From the human T2T-CHM13v2.0 reference genome, Homo sapiens: 64,000 nt of DNA. Below the pieces are notes generated by a model. The model worked only from the letters and a program-made list of their open reading frames with translations. It had not been told where the DNA came from and did not search any database. The DNA lies in the NCBI RefSeq assembly GCF_009914755.1, contig NC_060942.1; one strand, 5' to 3'. Position numbers and translations under genes: made by a program. Below, in pieces: positions 26,717 through 47,044 of this stretch (positions within the stretch are counted from its first letter, which is position 1; every line of letters starts with the position of its first letter).

Positions 26717-26752
26717 TATGTAACTATAAATATTAAGAATATATTTTTTAAA
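26094..26752 (+). mobile_element. L1MA 3' end (ORF2 C-terminus plus 3' UTR), with (TA)n at ~26686-26709
   Basis: ORF 26066-26287 CTPVCIAALFTIA..KCPSTEEWIKKMWHICTMEYYSAIK is the L1 ORF2 C-terminus; 3' UTR tttgatagcacaa..gactatagtcaacaataattta is L1MA-type. Confidence 0.93.
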
Positions 26753-26825
26753 AATTACCATTAAGTAGTAAAATAATCAAGGGATGACTTCAATTGATTT
26801 CAACTACTGATGATCAATGTTGCTA

Positions 26826-26839
26826 TGTGTGTATGTGTA

Positions 26840-26888
<49 letters not shown>
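26826..26888. repeat. (GT)n microsatellite
   Basis: Long pure gt run preceded by gtat variants. Confidence 0.97.
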
Positions 26889-26890
<2 letters not shown>

Positions 26891-29638
26891 TTCTTCACCC
26901 AATAAAAACTACAAAAGTTATTTTTCTGAAAAGTCCCTTCTGGAAGTCCCAGGAGGGACATTGAGAGAAATTAAGAAATTCAAAGATTTAAAGACACATT
27001 CTCGCTGATGGTTGATAGAGCCCAAAATCTCTAGTCTTATGCTTTGATGACTAAATTCTGCTATTACATCTATTAACTTTTTAAGCAATCAGAGGATTAT
27101 TGAATTTCATACACTCATATAGGTAAGTATTTAGTTATAGACATAAATTTATAGGCATATACATATGTGTGTTTATACATACATGTATACATACACATAT
27201 ACATTTAAAATAAATATTGTTCTAAAAGAGTAACTGAGGTTGTCAGTGAGTGGTACTATTCAAGACTATTTTTCTTTATGTCATTTGCATTTCTGAAGCT
27301 ACATTTTGTAATCAGGAAAAATAAAAAGATTTTCTTATTTGAAAAATATACTTGATCTTTGATAACAACTTATTAATGTACATGTAGAAAAATATCCAAA
27401 CTATGAGAAAGCTCATGTAACATTTTATTTGATAGGTGGCTAAAACACAAAATGTATTTAAAAATGAACTTATTTTATTCATCTAAAATTTAATGAGGGC
27501 ATTTCCAGAAATTGTTTGTTTGATTTTTTTAAGGAAAACAAGTTACATCTGACATTTTGTAAGCTATTTATTTATTAAAATCATGATAATGTTTCCATAA
27601 AAAATATTGCAATCATGGTTTAATGTAACAGTTAATTCAATGGAAAGATGATAAAGGTAACAAGGAGCTAAATAAATCCTTCTTAATAATCCTTCTTAAT
27701 AAATGTTATAAGATATTCTAAAGTTACAACTTATAAAATTGAATAGCTGGCCAATGCATCTTAAAAATTAAAAATTAAAGAATTAAAAAAACTTGTGAAT
27801 ATTCTGAGCATAAATACATACAATTCATTTTGATACACTAATAAAAACATAGAGGCAAAGAACATGAAAGACAGGTTTCCCTTGCGTGTTTATCAACAAC
27901 TCAACCTAAACTGAGATCTGTACAATCCCAGCCCGGGAGTAAAGATTGATTATAAAACAAATGTTGTTTGAGCAGTTCATAAATATCTAGCATTTTTTTT
28001 AGAAAAAATGATCCATTATACCATAAATATGAACCTTTGGGATAAATATAATGGCGTATCCCCAGTTGACTGCCACCATCAAGGCCCCTGGGTTTATATG
28101 CTTCTTCACAAACTCCAAGGCAGTGTGGTAACCACTGTTTACCACTATAGACTGGGTTGCAGTTCATTCTATGTATGAAGATTCGTTATTATATATTATT
28201 ACTGAAGAGTTTCTACCATTATGATGAAGGGTGTTTGGAGAAAAGACAGATTATTCAAAACCTACAGCTGTAAACAAACAAACAAGCAAACAAAAAAGCA
28301 TGGGCCGTTCCATTGAGATCTCTGAAGGCTTTTAACACCAGACAAAGTGTCAAAATACCTATTATAAGAATGAAGTAGAAGATCATCCATGTGGAGACAA
28401 GCCAGGATAGACTGTAAGACTAGAGGATCAAATGATACATTACACTACCGATTCATCCAGGGAGTGTTTCCAGGTCAGAGAGTCCTAAAATAAGCCTACA
28501 AAGAAGGACTTGTGACAAAAAGACTATTCATCATGTAAACAAAAACTCATCCATCCATCCACATCCACCCACAGTGTCTCTTTATTTTAAAATTGAAGAT
28601 GTCTTAGACTAATGTAATAAGAAAAAACGTATCATGAGTCTCAGACTGAATGAGAATGTGAAGGAACAACATCTGGTAGTTAACAGATAAGCACATTATC
28701 ACTTTGTGTTTCTGCATCTGGACATGCCAAGTGGTGGAGAGCCAGATGTTTGCATAAGGGCAGTGGGAAGTCATGTGTTTCTGACTTGTTTTAAAGCACT
28801 TTCACATCTGTGTATTTTAGGTGTTGTGATTTTTTAAAAATCCTTTTCAAATGATGTCTAGATTCTAACAAATAATCATGCAAGAGAGGGTAAATGCCTA
28901 TTTGCATTTCTTTTTTCCCAACTGGGACCAAAATTGTAAGTCAATTGGAGCTAGTGTTTAAGCAGACTGTGCCCAGTTCAAGCCAAACCACGCACTATAA
29001 ACTATTCCCATGCTTGTCTTAATCTTTAGTCCCATGCAGCTTACAGTTTAGCAACAGTTTCTTGTAACTCAAGCCACCCTTTAAGAATTTATGGTACGAT
29101 TTAAGCCTCTTCATTCTATCCCTTTAGACTTTATCATATTTCTTCTTAGAATTGAATAGATTTGTGTTAAAATTTATACTTTACAAAGCAGATAGTTATA
29201 GGTGTATGTGTGTTTGTGTGTGTGGGGGTGTGTGTGTTTGCAATAATGACAAAGTAAGTTACATCCCTTATTACATTCCAGGCATTCTGAGAAAAAGAAA
29301 AGATTTAAGGCACAGGGAATGTGCTGCCACAAATATTTCAACAGATGCAATATTAATAGATGATAGTAAATTTTACTATTTGGCTCCAAAACTCAGAACT
29401 AGAACAACTTACTGCAAATGTCAGAGAATCTACTTAATGAGAAAGCGTATTCTCATAACGCTGTTCGTAGTGCAATGAGCCTAGAATCATCGCAAACATT
29501 CAATTTGAGGCTGAAGGGACAAAAAAAAAAAGAAAATCTCTACATATATTCACTGCCCCATCCAGACACTGAAAGGAGACATCCACCATAATTCTGTTGT
29601 GCTTTTTTTACTCACTGTGATGATTCTTCCACGCATGT

Positions 29639-29765
29639 TGTATTAGTTTCCTACAGCTGTTGTGTCAGTTCTGGGTTAGTTTCTAATGAAACAAAATGAG
29701 GGAAATAGTGAAAATATCAAAATAATTAATGGCATAAAACAACAGAATGTATTGTCTCACAGTTC
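29639..29765 (-). mobile_element. MLT1 LTR terminal fragment
   Basis: tgtattagtttccta..gctgttgt..taaaacaacagaatgtattgtctcacagttc. Confidence 0.6.
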
Positions 29766-29769
29766 AACA

Positions 29770-30455
29770 GTGAAGTCCTCTTTACTCTTCCCTTTTTCTC
29801 TCTTCAAGGGGAGGGGAGGAGCCTCTCCCCTCCAGTCTCTCCGGCAAGCTGTGCTGTGTTTGGGGGATGAGAGTGCAACTACCTTTGTGGCCACCCCAGC
29901 TGGTGTCTCACTAGGTCGTGTGCACCTCAAGTCTACAGGTTCAAGCCCAACACAGCACCAGGACTTGCCCAATAATTGCAGTCCATTTAACAGACTACCT
30001 TTTAAGTTTATTTAAGTCCCCAAGCCCTTTAGCCCATGGAGGCGGGGCTTGCTGGAACTCAGGTTTTGATTGCTAGGAGGGACCATCCCCTTCTGGCTGT
30101 GGCCCGTCTAAATTCTCCCTTTGTGGGCTTTAGCTGAGTTATCCCCAGTGTGGCTTTCTGCTGTGACAGAGCTGCACTGAGTTCCAATCCAAAGTCCCAT
30201 AATCACTGTGCGTCCCTCCCCTGAGTGCACAGATTCTCTCTCCATGCTATGTGGCCACCACCAGGGAAAAGGATGGGGTGGTGTAAAGAATTCAAAACTG
30301 TCTTTTCTACCCTCTTCAGGGCCTCTTTCAATGATTTGAAGTTAAAGCTAGGTACTTTGATTGCTCACCTGATTTTTGGTTCCTATGAAGGTGATTAGTT
30401 GTCTAGAGGGGACAACTGAAGGCTTCTATTCAGCCATCTTTCTCCACCTTTTCTC
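29770..30455 (-). mobile_element. Isolated L1 5' UTR fragment (L1M1/L1MA-type 5' end)
   Basis: GC-richer block with gcactgagttccaat..aagtccc..aatcactgtgc..gcacagattctctctcc and ttgctcacctgatttttggttc; ends cagccatctt (reverse complement AAGATGGCTG, the YY1-type L1 5' terminus). Confidence 0.8.
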
Positions 30456-31694
30456 TCCATGATAATTTATTCCTGACAAATTTTTTGCATCTTATGTTTG
30501 TGGAATGAAACTCTAGAAACTAGAGCATCTCGTGGATCTTTATCAAAATGTGTGCAGAGTTCATATTTATTTTGACAGTTGTTGCTATAGCCAAACAGAC
30601 TTAATTAGCCTGTATTTAGTCATTAACTTGTGTTTTTTTTAATGTTCATGCCAACGATATAATTACTTTTTAAAGTTAAAATAACATTTTGAATTTAGAA
30701 TCTTCAATTCTCTTAAAAAAATCCTTACTAGAAAGTCCCAGCTAAATGAGTAAATTACACAATATAGAGCCTGGACGAGCAATCCAAAATGTTGAAGTGT
30801 AAACTCTGTGTTTGTCTCAATGTCGTTTGCAAAATCTTGTAGGAATTAATTACAGCTTTCAATCATGGGACAATGGCATCAACCACAATCAGAACTACTT
30901 TTCCATTATAAATATAAGATATTAATATTTAAAATATTAAATGTCTAAAGCATTACAAATCATTACTTTAGCCATTTATTTTTAATGTTGTGCTATTTTA
31001 ATATCAATATTACTATTTTATAGCACATACAATACAAATGTCAATCCAAAGAACTAGTTCAAATGAATCAGAGACTTCCATTCTAAATTCTATCTTTAAA
31101 GGATATTTACATTTGAAAATGTTTGATAGTGTTTTTAAAGGAAGATTGATTTAATTTATTAATAAAGGTGTTTTTTATAGTAAGTCATGTGATCACTTGG
31201 TTTTTTTATATGCTGTCTGTTAAAGTATAGTTACGAAAAATCATTTTTTAAAAACAACAACTTAAAAGTTTGAGGAATCCCAGCTTATCTCCTAGAAAAT
31301 TGATATTAAATCAACAGACTTTTATAAATATTGATCAAAACTTGTATAAACTTCTTAATTTTTACTTCAGATTTAAACTACAATAAGAGATGCTTATCTT
31401 ATAAAAAACCATTTCTATTAACGCCCATAATTCCAGTCCTCGCACACCGAATCTCTTACATATACAGCTGAGGTTCAACAAAAATAATGATGATCAATTC
31501 TTTATCATTTTGACTTTCAAATCCAATTTAAGGGTCAGCCAGAATTAACTTTTCCTATTTTCTAAGAGTAAATATAGCTGAGTATTTTATCTCAATATTG
31601 ATTTTAATTTTTAATTAAAGTTTCAATAGTTCAATCAAAATTTTAATCGTAATTTCACTTTTGCTTTTATTACATTTTTTTGCTGCTTAGGTGC

Positions 31695-32965
<1,271 letters not shown>

Positions 32966-33301
32966 AGAGTAAGTTACAGTCATTATGCACCTTCACTCAT
33001 GAACATTTTAGTGTACGTGTGTGTCTCTATATTTGTATCTAGCTATAGATATGTCAGATGAAAAAAGGACATTGTCTGCCAACACCACAGTGCAGTTATC
33101 AGTTTCAGTAAATTTAACATTGATGAAAATATTATGTAATTCCTCATCCATGTTTAAATATCATTTATTGTCCCAATAATATCTTTTATTGAAAACTTGT
33201 GTCCTGACTTGGAATTCAACACATCCAATATGTAATGGGCATGTCTACATAGTCACCCTTACTCTAGAATTTTGCTTGATCATCTTGACTTTTTTAAATA
33301 T

Positions 33302-34399
<1,098 letters not shown>

Positions 34400-35490
34400 A
34401 TATTATAGGAGAGTTATTTATTAAGTGCTCCAGAATTTGAATCATTATTAAATTCAAGTTACACATTTTTGGCATGGATACAACTCAAATGATAGTGTGT
34501 CCTTCTTGGTACATGGTATCAGGAGGTATATGATGTCCATTTGTCCCAGTCTTGGTAATGATAGATTTGATCGTTTGTTAAGATGTTGTAAACTGGGTTT
34601 CTTCTCCTTTAAATTATTATTTTTACATTTTAGTTAATAAATAATATCTAGGGAGATAGGTTCAATCTATCTAAGTATTCTGTTTCTCATCAAAATTTTA
34701 GCTATTAGTGTAATTATTCAGTAACTATTTTCTAATTCTATCACTCCTTCTATACAATGTTATTCATTGGCACTCTAAGGATTTTTTTTTATTTTCTCCC
34801 CATGGAGGGCATAAAGTCATTTTTATATTTCTCAAAGACTGAAAAATTATTTTCCAAAATGGCTGTACAATTTTGTACTTCCTCCAGCAATGTATGGCAG
34901 CTTCAGTTGCTGAACATTCTTATTAAAATGTGATATTATGATTCTTTTATTCATTTTAGCCCTTCTAGTGCTGGAAAAGTAATATCTCATGAGATGGTTA
35001 TATCTGCTATTATACTTGCCCATTAATTTGTTAATTGTGAGTATTGTAATTTTCAGTTCTAATATTTCCAGTTAATGCATTTGCCATTCTGTAACGTCTT
35101 AATGGTTTCCATATTTTTGTTGAAATTTGTAACTCTCAATTCTTTTGCAACTTGTAAGGTTGTTGTATGGTGAAACCTCTACTATCTGAATCCTTGCAAA
35201 TCTATTTTATTTGTCTGTTGTTTATGTGCCTTCTTATTTTTTTAAATTTTTTATCATTTACTTATTGTTTATGTGTCCTTCTTTGAACAATTTATACAAA
35301 AATTCTAGAAACAATTTGAGGCTTACAATCACGTTTACTTCTCCTTCAGAATGTTTTCTAAGCTATTTTATTGACAAGGCAAGAATTACCTCATTTAGTT
35401 CTTCTTTTACACTTTATTTGTCTTGCTCTTTTGCTCAGGTTTGACTGCAGCTATTCGCTGCTATTCACTGCTAATCTCAGCTATTTGCTG

Positions 35491-35750
35491 AAACGTCTGC
35501 CTCCTGGGCTCAAAGGATCCTCGTACCTCAGCTCCCAAGTAGCTGGGACTACAGGCACGCAACACCATGCCCAGCTTATTGGCTTATTTTATTTTATTTT
35601 ATTTTATTTTATTTTATTTTATTTTATTTTATTTTATATAGACAGGGTTTTGTCATGTTGCCTAGGCTGGTCTCAAACTTCTGGGCTCAAGCAACCCACC
35701 CACCTCAGTCTCCCAAAGTGCTGAGATTACAGGCTTGAGCCAATGTGCCC
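35491..35750 (-). mobile_element. AluJ lacking its 3' end, with (ATTTT)10 expanded in the linker
   Basis: cctcctgggctcaa.., gacagggttttgtcatgttgcctaggctggtctcaaacttctgggctcaagc; atttt x10 at 35586-35635. Confidence 0.9.
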
Positions 35751-35871
35751 TCATCCTTTTACACTTTCAAGAAAAATGGAAGAAATGCTATTTTTTTTGT
35801 CTATATACATTTATATTACTGGAAACACCATGATGTCAAAGATATTGGCACACCACATTGGGGATAAAATA

Positions 35872-36556
35872 AATTTTTATTTTTTTAATTAATTTTATTT
35901 TTTATTTTAAGTTCCGGGGTACAGGTGCAGGATGTGCAGGTTTGTTACATAGGTAAATGTGTGCCATGGTGGTTTGCTGCACCTATCCACCCATCACTTA
36001 GGTATCAAGCCCAGCATGCATTAGCTATTTTTCCTAATGTTCTCCCCGTTCTCCTCAGCCCTTGACAGGCCCAGTGTGTGTTGTTCCCCTCCCTGTGTCC
36101 ATATGTTCTCATTGTTCAGCTCCCACTTATAAGTGAGAACTTGTGGTATTTGGTTTTCTGTTCCTATGTTAGTTTGCTAAGGATAATGGCTTCCAGCTCT
36201 ATCCATGTCCCTGCAAAGGACATTATTTCTTTCCTTTTTATGGCCATATAGTATTTCATTGTGTATATGTACCATATTTTCTTTATCCAGTCTATCACTG
36301 ATGGGCATTTAGGTTGATTCCATGTCTTTGCTATTGTGAGTAGTTTGCTATTGTGAGCAGTTTTGCAATGAACATAGATGTGCGTGTATCTTTGTACTAG
36401 AAAGATTTATATTCCTTTGGGTATATACCCAATAATGGGATTGCTGGGTCAAGTGGTATTTCTAGTTCCAGATCTTTAAGGAATCGCCACACCATCTTCC
36501 ACAATGGTTGAACTAATTTGCATTCCTACCAACAGTGTAAAAGTGTTCCTATTTCT
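35872..36556 (-). mobile_element. 5'-truncated L1PA (roughly PA8-PA10) 3' end
   Basis: ttttaagttccggggtac..caggatgtgcaggtttgttacataggtaaatgtgtgccatggtggtttgctgcacc..aagcccagcatgcattagcta. Confidence 0.93.
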
Positions 36557-36689
36557 GGAATTTATTTGAAAACTTACAGGAAACAGAATTCAAACATTTT
36601 GCTTGCATCTCATTCAATCAAAAGAACAACTGGGAGGTATCAGAGAAGTTTGATGTTTACACAAGCCAGTCATTTAAAAAATATTTTTA

Positions 36690-36866
36690 ATATTTTTATT
36701 TTTAATTATTATGGATACATAATAATTGTATATATTTATGGGGTACATGTGAAATTTTGATACAGGAATAAAATGTGTAATGATCAAATTATAGCAATTG
36801 GAGTATTCATCACCTCAAGTATTTATCATTTCTTTGTGTTAAGGACATTTCAATTTCACTCTTTTA
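36690..36866 (-). mobile_element. L1MA 3' terminal fragment
   Basis: tatatttatggggtacatgtgaaattttgatacagg..tgtgtaatgatcaaat..catcacctcaagtatttatcatttctttgtgtt. Confidence 0.85.
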
Positions 36867-38894
36867 CTGGGCTGAACTTTTAACTTTGTTTAAAGTTTTA
36901 CCAAGATTGAACTTGTGAGTTGTTTCTCCTTCAGCTTAGAATATCAGAAAAAAAAGATATTATCTGTGCTGTTTTAAAAATCTCTAATTCATTTTTAGCC
37001 TTTTTTGTAGAGGGAATTAGAAATATTCTAATTTGACTATGATACAAAAATACATTTGAGTCTTATATTTCAGAATTATATTCTGATATACCCTTTAGGC
37101 ATTATGGTAGAACTAAAGAACAGTTTTCTACCAAATTTGCTAACTTAATCCATACACACTGTGCCTTATCATAAGAGATAAGCCCACAGTCTAGAAGGAC
37201 TAGTCTAGAAGGCCTAGACCAATGCTTCTCCCCTATAGCATACACTCTTTCTGGCAGCCCACTGGGGTGCAGTCTTGCTGACAAGTTTGAAAGAACCTAC
37301 AGCTGTGTGTTGAGAAGGTCAGAATTTATATGACTGCCTTGCATCCTTATTTAGGGCAACCAAGAAAGTCACTGATTTCTAAAATTAAGAGGCTAAAAAC
37401 AGCTTCAGTAATGTCACTATGTTTAGCTCTTGGAGCAGTTAAAACAAAAGCTATTTGTGTATCTATAAAAACAGAAAATTCAGTAGTTCATGAACTGAAA
37501 AAGGTAGCATTAATTTTTTTAAGTGTTAGGATATCTTAAGTAAAAAAAATCCCTTATTTTCTTTCCAATAGACATCTAAAGACAAACAATATCTCCAAAG
37601 GCAGGTAAATCCCCAGACATAGTAACATTCCTATCCAGACTGAAGAGAGTTTCACTACAGGGGATTCTATGCATAATTTTATAGCTAAAGAAAATGTTTT
37701 GGTTAATAAATGATTGAGCAGGTTAATGAAGTTCCTGCTTGTCTGTCAAATTTGATGGTTTTTGCAGTTCTGACAACTATTTTTATAAGGCTGAGAAGGA
37801 AAAAAAAAAAGGTCCCATTCTTCCAGAGCTATGGAAATAACACTGAAATCTAGATGATAGATTAAAATGAATTTGATGAAACACATCAAAAAAGACTTGA
37901 TAATATGATGTACCACATAAGAATTGAAATGATGAAGCTTTTCTTTTTTTATTTCCAAAATAGATTTTTTCTACAATTGTTCTCATATCATTGAAAGTTA
38001 TAATTATTTTCGTATGTGAAAAAGGTTTTTATATTTATTCCAAGTACCTTTCTGTCGGTTGTTTCACTGATCTTTACCATTAAGTGGAAATTTCTAGAGT
38101 TTTTATAGATAAGCTGAAACTATTTTTAATTTATAAAAGAGACAATGGAAGATAATTATACCTTACTCTGAAAATGCCTAATGTAGCAAGGTATTTTTCA
38201 TGTGATAAATTTATATTCATGGGATGAACTATCCATAGAGATACTTTAGGATAAGTTAATAAAAAATGTAAGTTACAGGAAAAAAATGAAGGGAGACAGA
38301 AAATCTATATCATTCTTTTTTTATAGGTCTTATATCAGATACAAAGGAATATTGTTTTGATTGACAACAAAATTGTGCATATTCAACTTTAACATGAAAA
38401 TTAATGACTAGGATATAAGTATCTATTTATTTTTTCATACATACCTAGATATTTCATCCCCATGGGTCATTAAACTTAGGCATCTTTAATGAGAAACTTA
38501 CATACTTAAATAAAATTTAATATTTTATATACTTTAACTAGTTTTGGCGTATAAGTTTGTGCACTTCCTACGTATTGAGCATGTCACAGGGTGCTTTATA
38601 CAAATCTTATCCTAGGATCAGACTGAGAGAATTGGATAAGCAGCTTCTCTAGTACTGAAAAGATAAAAAAGCAAAGTCAGAGAGTAATTCATCTTGGTAC
38701 AAAAATAAAACAAAATTCTGTACTAGGTATATGCCAACAGTCTTGACATGTAAATAAAGACCAGAGATTTGAACTTGTCTTTCAGTTAGGATGTTAGACA
38801 TATCTGGTGGGGAGGGAGGCAAGGGAGATGAAAGTCAACCCATTCATCTTATTTATTTTAGTTATTTGGCAAACCCATGTACATATAGTACTTA

Positions 38895-39095
38895 AAAATC
38901 TTCTGATAACTACTGTGCTTTACAAATACGAACTCATTTAACCTGTATAACAAAGATATGAGCCTACTAATAATATTATCCAGCATATTTTGCAGATGAG
39001 AACACTCAGGCACAGAGTTATAGGCTTCCCAAGATGACACAGCCAGTAAGTAGCAGAGATAAGATTTGAAATCAGGAACTATGGCTTTACCTTCT
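38895..39095 (-). mobile_element. MIR SINE
   Basis: aactcatttaacct..attttgcagatgagaacactcaggcacagag..cccaagatgacacagccagtaagtagcagag..atttgaaatcagg. Confidence 0.85.
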
Positions 39096-39240
39096 ACCAT
39101 CTCACTTTGCCGTGTCAGTTCTACAGAGTCAATTGGTAAATGTGTCAGGTTATATCTTTGCTTGCTCCTTTAAGATTGAGCCAATAAAACAGGATTACAG
39201 CGATGGATTTTAACTAGTTTTTTCTTGTTTTGTTTTCAGA

Positions 39241-39289
<49 letters not shown>
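39241..39289. repeat. (CA)n microsatellite
   Basis: Long ac run with one aa interruption. Confidence 0.97.
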
Positions 39290-39291
<2 letters not shown>

Positions 39292-39380
39292 ACTGGCTAG
39301 TATATTAATTATTGAAGGTTACATAGTTAACAAATAACAAATAGCAAAGCCAGGATTTGTATCTAGTGAGTTAGGATGCT

Positions 39381-39731
<351 letters not shown>

Positions 39732-40139
39732 AGGATGTTTCTTACAATGTAGAATTAACTGCTTGACTTTACTGCCTTAAAACAAATAAAGTATTCCCCA
39801 ATGAAAAATAGATTATTTTCTTAAAATATAGAAGAAAATCTTTTAGGACTAAAAATAAGTAAATAAATAAAAGTACCTGTTAAAACAAATGTGAACAAAA
39901 ATAATACCCACAAACACAAAGAAAAGTATAGACAAATATCATTTCAGTGTAATAGAGGCAAATGTAATAGATGCAAGTAATAGATACAGAATAGATACAG
40001 AGATGCATAAAATAGGTGTAAATAATAGATACAGTGCAACCAAATTTCATCTAGCTGTGCTTTAAAATAGTAATATGACTTGGACACAGAGGGCTTATTT
40101 ATGTAAGTCATGAATAGTTAAAGATAATGCTAAGCTACA

Positions 40140-40835
<696 letters not shown>

Positions 40836-40884
40836 TTTTTTTAATGTTGAGATTCTAAATGAGATTGTAGCTAAAAGATTGTTC

Positions 40885-41925
40885 ATGTAAAACCATCACT
40901 CTGGCTACTAAGGCAAGAATCCATGGTAAAATATCAAGAATGTATACATAAAATGGGTAGGGCACTTGTATTACTGTGTTATCATTTTCCTAATAAACAC
41001 ATATCCAATCCTGGGCAGTTTATAAAGGAGTTTAATTAACTCACAGTTCCACATGGCTGGGGAGGCTTCAGAATCGTGGCGGAAGGCATTGAATGAGGAG
41101 CAAAGTCACGTTTTACATGGCGGCAGGCAAGAGAGCTTCCGTAGGGGAAACTCCACTTTATAAAACTATCAGATCTTCTGAGACTTACTCACTATCACAA
41201 GAACAGCATGAGAAAGACAGCTCTCACGATTCAATTACCTCCCACTGGATACCTCCCACGACATGTAGGAATTATGGGAGCTACAATTCAAGATGATATT
41301 TGGATGTGGACACAGACAAACCATATCGGTACTCTTGCTAATGTCTCGATGCAGAATCAGGTCATTTAGACAATGTTAAGTACAGTGGGGTGTAAGAGAC
41401 ATGGATGGATTAGGGAGTGCCTTAGAGATGGAGCAAGAGAAGAAGAAGGGGGTGGGTAAAATAGAAACAGTGGAAAGTCAAGGGTATCTGATAGGTTTCT
41501 ATGTTGAATCACATGATGGACACCCATGTCCTTTATTAAGCATGGAAACCATGCACATGGAGTCAAGATGTTCATGAATAAGGACAAATGTCATGATCTC
41601 TGTGGTAAACATATCCAGTCTGGTTAGGTTTGACTTACTTCTACCTACATGGAAATGCGAAAAAGGCAGATAAAGGCTGGGTCTCAGGAGAAAGGACTGA
41701 CTTAGGTGTATTTTTAGGGTCATCAGCATATATTCAGCAAATGTATTTGTGGCTTAAGAAGAGATTGCATAGTTTAAAGTGAAAAGAGAAGATATTCTCT
41801 GTGGAAGTCCTGAAGAGGCAAATTGAGAAGGTCTGGGCAGAAAAATAACACTGAGGAGACGTGCTAGAAAATTGGAAGAAAGAACCCAAGGAGGTGTTTC
41901 TACCATGAGGAAACAATAGATATTG
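40885..41925 (-). mobile_element. L2 LINE body interrupted by a THE1 LTR
   Basis: atcactctggctact..; aagtcaagggtat..aggtttct..; gggtctcaggagaaagg..tttagggtcatcagcata. Confidence 0.65.
40967..41328 (-). mobile_element. THE1 (B/C-like) solo LTR
   Basis: tgtatta..actcacagttccacatggctggggaggc..ggaattatgggagctacaattcaagatga..ggacacagacaaaccatatc; TSD gcact/gtact. Confidence 0.93.
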
Positions 41926-43219
41926 CCTTGAGTCACCAGAACTCACTTTTGCTTATTACATTATTTGTTTGATAAAAAACAAAATAAAATCTATGGGATC
42001 CTAAGGTGAGGCTGACACAACCCAGTGGTTTTACAAAAGGAGAATCACATAGTGACACTGTTTTAAAATAATGAACTCTATCACTGACAATTTAAGATAA
42101 AGCATTAAATAAATTCACTTTATAAATGTATAAAGATAAGCATCAGCTATTTATTTACTAGTCAAAAATTTTAATGTAATAAAAAGTAATTAGTTGCATA
42201 GAACTTTTATGAAGCTTTTCAGTTCTAGCAAGCATCAACAGATATGCTTCATTTTACAATATGCCCATGGTACATTGAAAACATTTTTATCATAGAACTG
42301 TATATGAAGTCCTAAAATTTCAACATGTACACTTGTTGCTGACATTGTGGAATAGTAAGTAGGAGTCATCCCATCATTCTCCTTTCAAACATGAATCCCC
42401 AAATATTTGGATGTGAAAATGAGATGGCCTCAAGAGAGAAAAAAAATAAGTGATAATTGAAAACTGCATCCATGAACTGAGATATTATTTTGTGCCAAAC
42501 ATTTCTTCTTTTAAAAAATTCTGCAACCTGAATATATTCCTGTATTACAGATAGGACTAATGAAGCTCATATTATTTAAATAACATTTTAAAGGTCACAG
42601 ACCTCTAAATGATTATTTAGAACTGAATCTATATTCTAACGACAGGTTCGTGATAATTGAAGAGATAACGTTTTTTCTGCAAGCAGGCTTATTCAAAAAT
42701 ATTCTTACCAAAGTATAAAATTCTACCATTTTCATAATATTAATCTATGTACCGTAAGCTTATTTTGTTTTCTTTTTTTATACAGACTCATTTCTTAGTA
42801 AAATAATTGTGCAGCTTATCCAAAAGCTGTCTGCCATTCTATTCACAGAATGAGTCTGAATTCCTTTGTGTAATATTTTGTATTATTCATTCATGATATC
42901 AGAGCTCTCTTCTGTATAAACAATGAACCATGGATTTCAATTTTGAAACAATGTTAATTATTAATAGGATTTAACTCTGTCTACTTTATGGGCACATACA
43001 GATTTCTACAAGGCAAAAATGTTCCAGGCAGCAAAAATAAGCGAAATAAATCAAATATTTCAGGAAAATGCAATGTGTTCTTTATTCTTTAGAAAATATG
43101 GCAGGTTTCAATGATTATGGTTATTTTTATAATCACTTTTATTTACATTATAGCAAAGTCCATGTGTTTATTTATTCCGTAAATAATAAAGCCCTGTCTT
43201 TTTACTGAGGATGTTCAAA

Positions 43220-43715
43220 TCCCTTCCCCAATCTAGTCTTGATCTTCTTCCACAGTCTTTTCTTTCATCACTGTCATCCATTTGTTTTATGCTGTAGGTA
43301 CTTTGAACTCATCAATATGCCTTATATATTTAATGTCTTTACTGACCAATGATTCTTTTTCTGGCAGTTATCACTACAATAAGCCCCCTAGTCTCTAAGT
43401 CTCTCCTTTTCCTTCTACTTCAATGTTGTAAATGCTATCTGGTAAATTGCTGTTTGTTTTTTCATGTCCAACTGAAATATGCAGTCCTTCCTTACAGCAC
43501 TTTCTTCAAACTTCCATGATGCTCTCTTGTTCTTGAATTGAATATTCTTTGCTCAGAGCTTCTAGGAGGCTTGCCCATTTCTTCTCTCCTAGCATTTGTT
43601 GCAACAGATGTTGTTAGCTAGGTAGGTCCCAGTCTTCACCATCAGGTCCTTCCCACATTGCATTCTTGGCACATATGCCGGTGGTTAGGAAGAAAATAAA
43701 TGTGGTGAACTGAGG
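43220..43715 (+). mobile_element. L2 LINE 3' end
   Basis: Pyrimidine-rich body ending ttcttggcacata..aataaatgtggtgaactga. Confidence 0.55.
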
Positions 43716-43896
43716 TACATGTACACAACTGTGAGTGGAAAGTCCTGTGACCTAGATGTTGATATTTGCGAATATACTAAACAATGCAGGTGTGTGCCTA
43801 TGATTCCATGTACCACCAAAGATTTCTAGCATTTACAAGAAAATAAAATCATAGTAAGTTCTAGGGGAAATCTGAGCAGAGTTTTTAAACCCTGAC

Positions 43897-43975
43897 ATTT
43901 TTATTTTCATCATTTTTTATTTTTATTTTATCATTTTATTTATCATTTTTATTTTTATTTTATTTTTATTTTATT
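43897..43975. repeat. (TTTTA)n-like low-complexity tract
   Basis: tttttattttcatcattttttatttttattttatcattttatt.. Confidence 0.85.
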
Positions 43976-44094
43976 CATCTAATTTTTTCTCTAAAATTAG
44001 ATGAATAAAATGTATAATTTAATTGAGATCTATGTCTATATTTATTTCCTAAATATTATGCATGCGTTCCATCTTAATTTGTGAAATAATGGTA

Positions 44095-47044
<2,950 letters not shown>

